32,000 nt of DNA from NCBI GenBank assembly GCA_964470345.1, contig CAYYBE010000006.1, positions 65,098 through 97,097 of the forward strand. Reading direction: 5' to 3'. The notes under the pieces are model-generated. The model made no database searches and had not been told where the DNA came from. It saw nothing but the letters and a program-made list of their open reading frames with translations. Within the stretch, counting starts at the first letter, position 1. Each line of letters opens with the position of its first letter. The stretch comes from an uncultured Candidatus Babeliaceae bacterium. GTDB lineage: Bacteria; Babelota; Babeliae; Babelales; Babelaceae. This document shows, in pieces, positions 31,738 to 32,000 of the stretch. A program made the translations under genes and the position numbers.

Positions 31738-32000
31738 TTAATAAAGTTGGTTGATTAACGTATCTATATTTTGATTATCTTTTGTCATGGCTGCATAAAA
31801 TGCTTCATCATAACTTCGTGTCTCAATAACAATCGGCATGGTGATAGCATGACCTAGCAAGAGTACCTGTTTTTTACTGTCGAGTGAAGCCAGTACCGAG
31901 CGTAGGTGCTGGGCATTATTTGCCCCCGTAAGCACAGCCTGTATGTCTTTCTCGTCGTTAAGTTGTGCAATAATTTTTGTGCCAATTTGTGACAAAATTT
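31738..32000 (-). CDS. C-terminal fragment of a larger protein, 5' end beyond the window; tentatively a HerA/DUF87-like P-loop ATPase C-terminus
   Basis: The frame is open to nt 32000, and the track start at 31995 is a TTG. IIAQLNDEKDIQAVL...LASLDSKKQVLLLGHAITMPIVIETR resembles the C-terminal block of HerA-like ATPases as I remember it (..RLxxxxDxxxV...LxxLxxGEAxxxGxAxxxPxxV). Weak. Confidence 0.35.
   Translation of the reverse strand, partial: ILSQIGTKIIAQLNDEKDIQAVLTGANNAQHLRSVLASLDSKKQVLLLGHAITMPIVIETRSYDEAFYAAMTKDNQNIDTLINQLY

Noticed and set aside
1-32000. Evidence for a mobile element, genomic island boundary or prophage: direct repeats, integrase or transposase genes, or tRNA attachment sites.
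   Set aside because: I recognised no integrase, transposase, recombinase or phage structural motif in any ORF. There is no tRNA gene, and I saw no long direct or inverted terminal repeats. Apart from the 1107-1433 spacer, composition looked uniform by eye.

Overview
Gene-dense bacterial chromosomal window, roughly 40% GC by eye. I recognised no rRNA, tRNA, CRISPR array, transposase, integrase or phage genes. All family calls come from motif recognition by eye, because no database search could be run. Housekeeping and salvage genes: a 5'-truncated S9 serine peptidase, a TLC-type ATP/ADP translocase, a HAD phosphatase, a GuaD-like deaminase, an APC permease, an AAA/DUF4143 ATPase, MoxR, enolase, TspO, a photolyase, ClpB, UvrC, an M23 peptidase, a DUF378 protein, an orphan amino-acid-binding protein, a TPR protein and a 5'-truncated HerA-like ATPase fragment. 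The translocase points to a host-dependent, energy-parasitic lifestyle (Rickettsiales, Chlamydiae or Dependentiae-like), but the lineage cannot be assigned from sequence alone. The most unusual feature is a tightly coupled five-gene operon at 8031-16785. It encodes a GspC-like HR+PDZ protein, GspD-type secretin 1, a PilM-PilN/GspL-like fusion, a PilO/GspM-like protein and GspD-type secretin 2. Both secretins are full length and share non-canonical N- and C-terminal extensions. No secretion ATPase, platform protein or (pseudo)pilin lies anywhere in the 32 kb. A possible satellite locus at 25530-27577 (M23 peptidase, second PilO-like protein, mini PilP-like protein) is followed by a large secreted protein with a clan-CD-like His/Cys dyad. 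Other points of note: uvrC and clpB are truncated at their facing ends and overlap by 44 nt; a 327-nt spacer upstream of tlc is anomalously GC-rich and hairpin-rich; and the divergent intergenic region at 5320-5615 carries a G-tract cluster plus four tandem hairpin units with a competing 10-bp long-range inverted repeat.
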